Made by a program: the position numbers and the translations under genes
Shown: piece by piece, positions 59,729 to 64,000 of the stretch
Layout of the letters: each line of letters begins with the position of its first letter
Position numbering within the stretch: the stretch's first letter is position 1
The notes under the pieces: generated by a model
Databases searched by the model: none
Seen by the model: the letters and a program-made list of their open reading frames with translations, nothing else
What the model was told of the DNA's origin: nothing
IMG/VR virus record: IMGVR_UViG_3300028042_000002
Coordinates: 66,050-130,049 of that record
Strand: one strand, 5' to 3'
Origin: a virus
Taxonomy: Duplodnaviria > Heunggongvirae > Uroviricota > Caudoviricetes
Length of the DNA stretch: 64,000 nt

Positions 59729-60592
59729 TTATTGATTTTGTTGATACATTCTCATTCTAGCACCACTATCATTAAAGGCTTCAAATGGCATAAACACTGT
59801 TGATTTATTTTCTGCCATTTTCTCTTGAACTTCTAATGCTCTTAATTTTAATAATGCTGGAGTAATACCTTCACCAATAATTTTATTACTATCTCGAACA
59901 GCCTTAGCCATAGTTAATTTAATTTGATAGTCGGCTTCTGCTAATAAACGTTCATTCTTTTTCTTAATTAATTCAATTTTGGCTTGACTTTCTTCTTTTT
60001 TAATAGCTAATTCACGTTCTTTAACCATATTAACAACATCTGTCACAACTTTAGGATATGAAATGTCACCTAAATTAATATCACTAATTTCAATTGGTGT
60101 ACCTTGTAATCCATCTTGAATACTTTTTCCAATTTCGGCAGATAACCTATTATAGTTTTTATGAATATCATTTACATTATATTGAGATAATACACTTCTA
60201 GTGCGGTTTCTAATGGTTGGTTTACCATAAATTCTATAAACATCATCAAAATCAACTGTATTAGTATCATGATCAACTTTAATATCATTGAACATACTAT
60301 CAATAATTTTATCAGTTGCTGAAATCCTACCTCTAAATCGTACATCAACATTTAATGTAAGTTTATCTGAAAGGATTACTTTTACAGTTTCTTTATATGT
60401 ATCAGTATTAACATTTAATAAAATTAGCTTATCTCGACCCCAAATTGTATATTTTCCACTTGGTAAAGTTTCGGGATTATATCCACTTGTTGTTAAAATT
60501 TTACCTTTGGTTGCAGGTGGTACAGTTTGAAATGAACAAGCTTGAATTAATGTAAAGGAAGTAATCAATACTACAATTTTAAATACTTTCAT
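59729..60592 (-). CDS. SPFH/band-7 domain lipoprotein
   Basis: Lipobox 'LIQAC|S'. C-terminal Ala/Glu-rich coiled-coil typical of HflK/C-prohibitin. Confidence 0.5.
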   Translation of the reverse strand: MKVFKIVVLITSFTLIQACSFQTVPPATKGKILTTSGYNPETLPSGKYTIWGRDKLILLNVNTDTYKETVKVILSDKLTLNVDVRFRGRISATDKIIDSMFNDIKVDHDTNTVDFDDVYRIYGKPTIRNRTRSVLSQYNVNDIHKNYNRLSAEIGKSIQDGLQGTPIEISDINLGDISYPKVVTDVVNMVKERELAIKKEESQAKIELIKKKNERLLAEADYQIKLTMAKAVRDSNKIIGEGITPALLKLRALEVQEKMAENKSTVFMPFEAFNDSGARMRMYQQNQ

Positions 60593-60875
60593 TTTTACTA
60601 CTCTCTTTTAGTTTATTTAATTCTGATTGTTGGAAATCATTAAAATCAATTTCAGGTACAATCACACGGGGGTTAATATTGTTAAATTTACTATCAATAT
60701 CTTCAAATCTACTCATATTAGATTGAACCACTTTTACAGGCATTGCAATTATTGAAATAATTCCAATAATTAAGCAAAATATACCCATTTTATTATATTT
60801 AATCCAAAATAAATATATTGTTAAACAAATTAAACCTAATGGTATTAATTGAAATATTGTAAATTCTATTGTCAT
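60579..60875 (-). CDS. small membrane protein (2 TM)
   Basis: Overlaps the SPFH gene start, suggesting an operon. Confidence 0.45.
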   Translation of the reverse strand: MTIEFTIFQLIPLGLICLTIYLFWIKYNKMGIFCLIIGIISIIAMPVKVVQSNMSRFEDIDSKFNNINPRVIVPEIDFNDFQQSELNKLKESSKNESI

Positions 60876-60902
60876 AAATAATCCTCACTTTCGTCTTCTC
60901 TA

Positions 60903-61031
60903 CTTACCTTTATCACATTGTTTATTATTTGAATTGCCATAAAAAGTACATTCAATATCATATTTAATATCGTAGCATGCTTGCAATGATAATAATATTA
61001 AAATCACCATTAACAATTTAATTCTCTTCAT
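60903..61031 (-). CDS. mini-lipoprotein (about 42 aa), not in ORF track
   Basis: 'MKRIKLLMVILILLSLQAC|Y' has a lipobox. Confidence 0.3.
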
Positions 61032-61256
61032 CATAATCAGAATTTAACGGTCTTGGTAATGGCATATCATTGATGATATTATCACATTCTTCAAATGGTA
61101 ATCCAGTTTCCAATAATCCATCTTTTAATAGTGAGTAAATATCATCACATTGGTTTTCATCTTCTTGCATTGTTTATTACCTTTAATTAATTTGTTTGAG
61201 TGATTTAATTATTCTATCATAAAGTATTATTTATTAGTTACAATAATCAACTATTT

Positions 61257-61802
61257 TTACATTTTAGATATAAATTTAAAGCATCTTAAACCGCCCTTTC
61301 GACATTTATTAAATTGACCACTTAAATAATTATTTAAATCTCGACTAAATTTAATATTACTAATAATTTTAATATTGCCAACTGTACACCCGTTTTCGAA
61401 ATGTTTATATAAGTTGGAGGATGAATAAATTTTATTAGGTTCTGCTTGAATAATTGGTTCACATTCACCATAATTTACATTATCAAGCCAATCTATATAC
61501 AATAATTCAACAATAGTCTTTTTACGTTGGGTTTCATAATTCTTTAATTCATCTTTATGTTCCTTTAACCATTCTTTATGATGTAAAACAAGTGTAAGTT
61601 TAAACTTAGTTTTATTATAATATTTACGGGGCACTTTAAGGTCAAAACACCACGCATCAAATTCTGCATAAAGTTCGGATTGAAAAATTTCATCATCATT
61701 TAAATCTATAAATTTTAAATATCCTGTTTTATATTCACGAAAATCCAAAAAAGTTTGAAATATTTCTAATGGTGTTTTATTTTCTATTGTTGTCATATTC
61801 AT
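61257..61802 (-). CDS. truncated D5_N-like fragment (paralog of N-terminus of 18532-19725; helicase part missing)
   Basis: 'LYAEFDAWCFDL' is shared with the paralog's 'IHAEFDAWCSKL'. Ends before the Walker A region. Confidence 0.5.
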   Translation of the reverse strand: MNMTTIENKTPLEIFQTFLDFREYKTGYLKFIDLNDDEIFQSELYAEFDAWCFDLKVPRKYYNKTKFKLTLVLHHKEWLKEHKDELKNYETQRKKTIVELLYIDWLDNVNYGECEPIIQAEPNKIYSSSNLYKHFENGCTVGNIKIISNIKFSRDLNNYLSGQFNKCRKGGLRCFKFISKM

Positions 61803-61825
61803 TAACCTATATTAATAATCATAAA

Positions 61826-63166
61826 TTAGCTTACATTGGATAAAATATTTAAATTTCTGCTACAGTTAATCATCGTATCATATAGGACTATTTTATTTTT
61901 AATTTCAACCATTAATTCATCAAATACATATAAAAAAGACATACCTGAATATAATAATACCTTGGCAATCTTATCCATTAATGAACTTTCATTATTAAAT
62001 AAAAATTTAGTAATACCTTTATTACCCATTTCCAATATATAATTATATAAAACTGGAATATGACGTTGAATATAATTCATAGTTGGAGTATTTAATGAGC
62101 CTTTCTCCCATCGTTCATTTTTATAATCATAACCATCATTTAAATTTCTATTAAGGATGCTAAGATTGTCTATTTTGACTGATTGGCGGGTAACATTCAT
62201 AGAGTTTGCAATATTATCATGAGTTATTTCATTATAATCATTTATATTATGGTTGTAGTGATTAACTGCCAAAGCTTGTGCGATATTAAGATGTAAACCA
62301 TTAAAATCTAATCCAACTAATTTATTATTGTTAAGTTTGCACATGTTACGGGCAATGGTTGGTAATAAATTAAATGATGTATAAATTCTGCCAAAGTCTT
62401 TACTAATTGAGAATATTAAATCATTGATTAAGTAGTTGAAAGTGTTTTTAGAGTTTTCAATATCAATATATTTACTTTTATCTTCCATTTTAATATATTG
62501 TTTATGGTTTAAATATACTCGACCCTTGTTAATTTCGCCATTCTCAACCGCTAATTCTAACCTTCTTTCAAATTCTTCAATAGTTGGAAATGTAATATCT
62601 CTGTAAGTATAAATACAACCTAATAATAAATGTAAATATTTGTACTCTGCGTTTGCAATAATATTATTTAATTTTAATATAGAGGATTTAGTTTTATATT
62701 TAGTTACTCGTGGTGATAATCTAATATCTTTATGTTTACAATTATAACGTTTACTTATGATATTATCATTTAATTTATATTTATTTGAACTTTTACCTAC
62801 TTTATACGATGCAGTCTTATAAATAATATTGTTATTGGTTAATAATTTTAATAATCGTGGAAATAATATCCTATTGAATATATTTTTACCATTTTCAAAA
62901 TTTATTCCAGCCTCTTCTGCAATAATAACATTTGTATCTATGCGTTCATCTCTTTTTACGCTAATAAAATTATTCTGAATTAATAGATACATCATATCGG
63001 TAACATCTTTCTTACTATATGAAGTGTTACCAATTTTAAATTCTTTAACTTTAATCTTAAATAATTCCCTATATATTGCATTATTAGCATATATGTAATT
63101 ATTTTTATCCAATGTCTTTTTATATTCAATTACAGCATTTTTTAATTTGTGTTTAATATCAATCAT
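61826..63166 (-). CDS. large conserved protein of the 3-copy module (paralog of 5654-7003)
   Basis: About 60% identity over about 330 aa ('GRIYTSFN..PTI.RNMCKLNNN.LVGLDFN.LHLNIAQ'). Confidence 0.6.
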   Translation of the reverse strand: MIDIKHKLKNAVIEYKKTLDKNNYIYANNAIYRELFKIKVKEFKIGNTSYSKKDVTDMMYLLIQNNFISVKRDERIDTNVIIAEEAGINFENGKNIFNRILFPRLLKLLTNNNIIYKTASYKVGKSSNKYKLNDNIISKRYNCKHKDIRLSPRVTKYKTKSSILKLNNIIANAEYKYLHLLLGCIYTYRDITFPTIEEFERRLELAVENGEINKGRVYLNHKQYIKMEDKSKYIDIENSKNTFNYLINDLIFSISKDFGRIYTSFNLLPTIARNMCKLNNNKLVGLDFNGLHLNIAQALAVNHYNHNINDYNEITHDNIANSMNVTRQSVKIDNLSILNRNLNDGYDYKNERWEKGSLNTPTMNYIQRHIPVLYNYILEMGNKGITKFLFNNESSLMDKIAKVLLYSGMSFLYVFDELMVEIKNKIVLYDTMINCSRNLNILSNVS

Positions 63167-63402
63167 TTTTTTAATTTTCCTAAATTTGGTTTCTTTGCTT
63201 TCATTGTTCTTTTTGGTTTTAAATTATGTTCCTTTCTATACGCATGAACCCTCTTATATAACGTGCATTTATTTACACCTAATGCATCGGCAATACTTTC
63301 ATGAGTATATCCTTCGTCCTTCAATTTCATAACCAATTCAATATCAATAACAACACCCCATGCAGTTTGTTTTAATTTACTTCTATCTAAATCCGAATTC
63401 AT
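63163..63402 (-). CDS. small HTH DNA-binding protein (module copy C)
   Basis: 'EGYTHESIADALGVNKCTLYKRVHAYRKE' is paralogous to the other two HTH proteins. Confidence 0.6.
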   Translation of the reverse strand: MNSDLDRSKLKQTAWGVVIDIELVMKLKDEGYTHESIADALGVNKCTLYKRVHAYRKEHNLKPKRTMKAKKPNLGKLKK

Positions 63403-63904
63403 AATATTACCTAATTTGTTTAATTGTTATGGTATTATAACAGTATTTATACATATTGAATTTAAAGTTGAATATAAAGTGTAAAAAATTATATAATAAT
63501 ATAAATATCTACCAATTTTGAAAAGTTTTAATAAATTAATTATTATATAAATCAATGACTTATAATTTTGTAATTCTGAACGTTTTATTATTACAAAAGT
63601 TGAAAATGTATAGTCTAGCTGTCATTCTAATAATGTTTACCCAAAATTGAAAATGACCCACATTATATATATGGGGCATATGTAAATATGCTTTATTAAT
63701 TTGTTTCATAAAGAAACATAATTATCAAATATTCTTTAAGAAAACATTGTACTACTATGATAAATATTATTGATATGATTATTGTCTTACTATACTGTTA
63801 AATATTGAATGGATTATCTTGATAGTACTAATCTTGATTATTATGATAATAAATTTAATTTAAATTTTGATTATATGTCAGAATATAGTGAATATATAGT
63901 GAGA

Positions 63905-63994
<90 letters not shown>

Positions 63995-64000
63995 TACTTT

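Overview
This window is a segment of a T4-like (Tevenvirinae-type) myovirus genome. It is AT-rich (about 25% GC), apart from one island of roughly 50% GC at about 5.34-5.66 kb.

T4 core genes recognised by direct sequence similarity:
- Head module gp20-gp23, minus strand, 49.2-55.0 kb.
- Tail sheath gp18 and tube gp19, 56.8-59.6 kb.
- Terminase large subunit gp17, 28.5-30.1 kb.
- DNA polymerase gp43, 30.6-34.3 kb, interrupted by a 389-aa LAGLIDADG intein inside motif C.
- Primase gp61, ribonucleotide reductase NrdB and NrdA plus a glutaredoxin-like protein, dCMP deaminase, and both RNA ligases Rnl1 and Rnl2.
- PAAR tail-spike tip gp5.4, a gp25-like wedge protein, and a gp3-like tail-tube-fold protein.

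Gene order is scrambled relative to T4.

Accessory and unusual content:
- The left 24 kb is hyperplastic, with dozens of small ORFs. They are separated by repeated bidirectional regulatory cassettes: a consensus sigma70 early promoter (TTGACA-16-TATAAT) plus a conserved 5' UTR and SD in one direction, and a T4-late TATAAATA promoter in the other.
- Several of these small early genes share an MTTLTN N-terminus. The prohead scaffold gp22 starts with the same residues.
- There are three diverged copies of a module: a noncoding region with repeated motifs, a small HTH protein, and a large about 450-aa protein and/or a D5_N-VirE primase-helicase-like NTPase. Copies sit at 4.3-7.0 kb, 17.4-19.7 kb and, inverted, at 61.2-63.7 kb. 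This looks like a satellite- or plasmid-like replication or mobile module.
- Other notable features: a ParB-like protein, an Acb1-like 2H phosphoesterase next to the terminase, a GIY-YIG homing endonuclease, a large NPPY methyltransferase, lipoproteins (one with an SPFH domain), BspA-like tandem repeats, Gly-rich NGGxGY repeats shared by the tail sheath and a small protein, and an about 85-nt poly(T) tract at the window end.

No rRNA, tRNA or CRISPR arrays were detected by eye.
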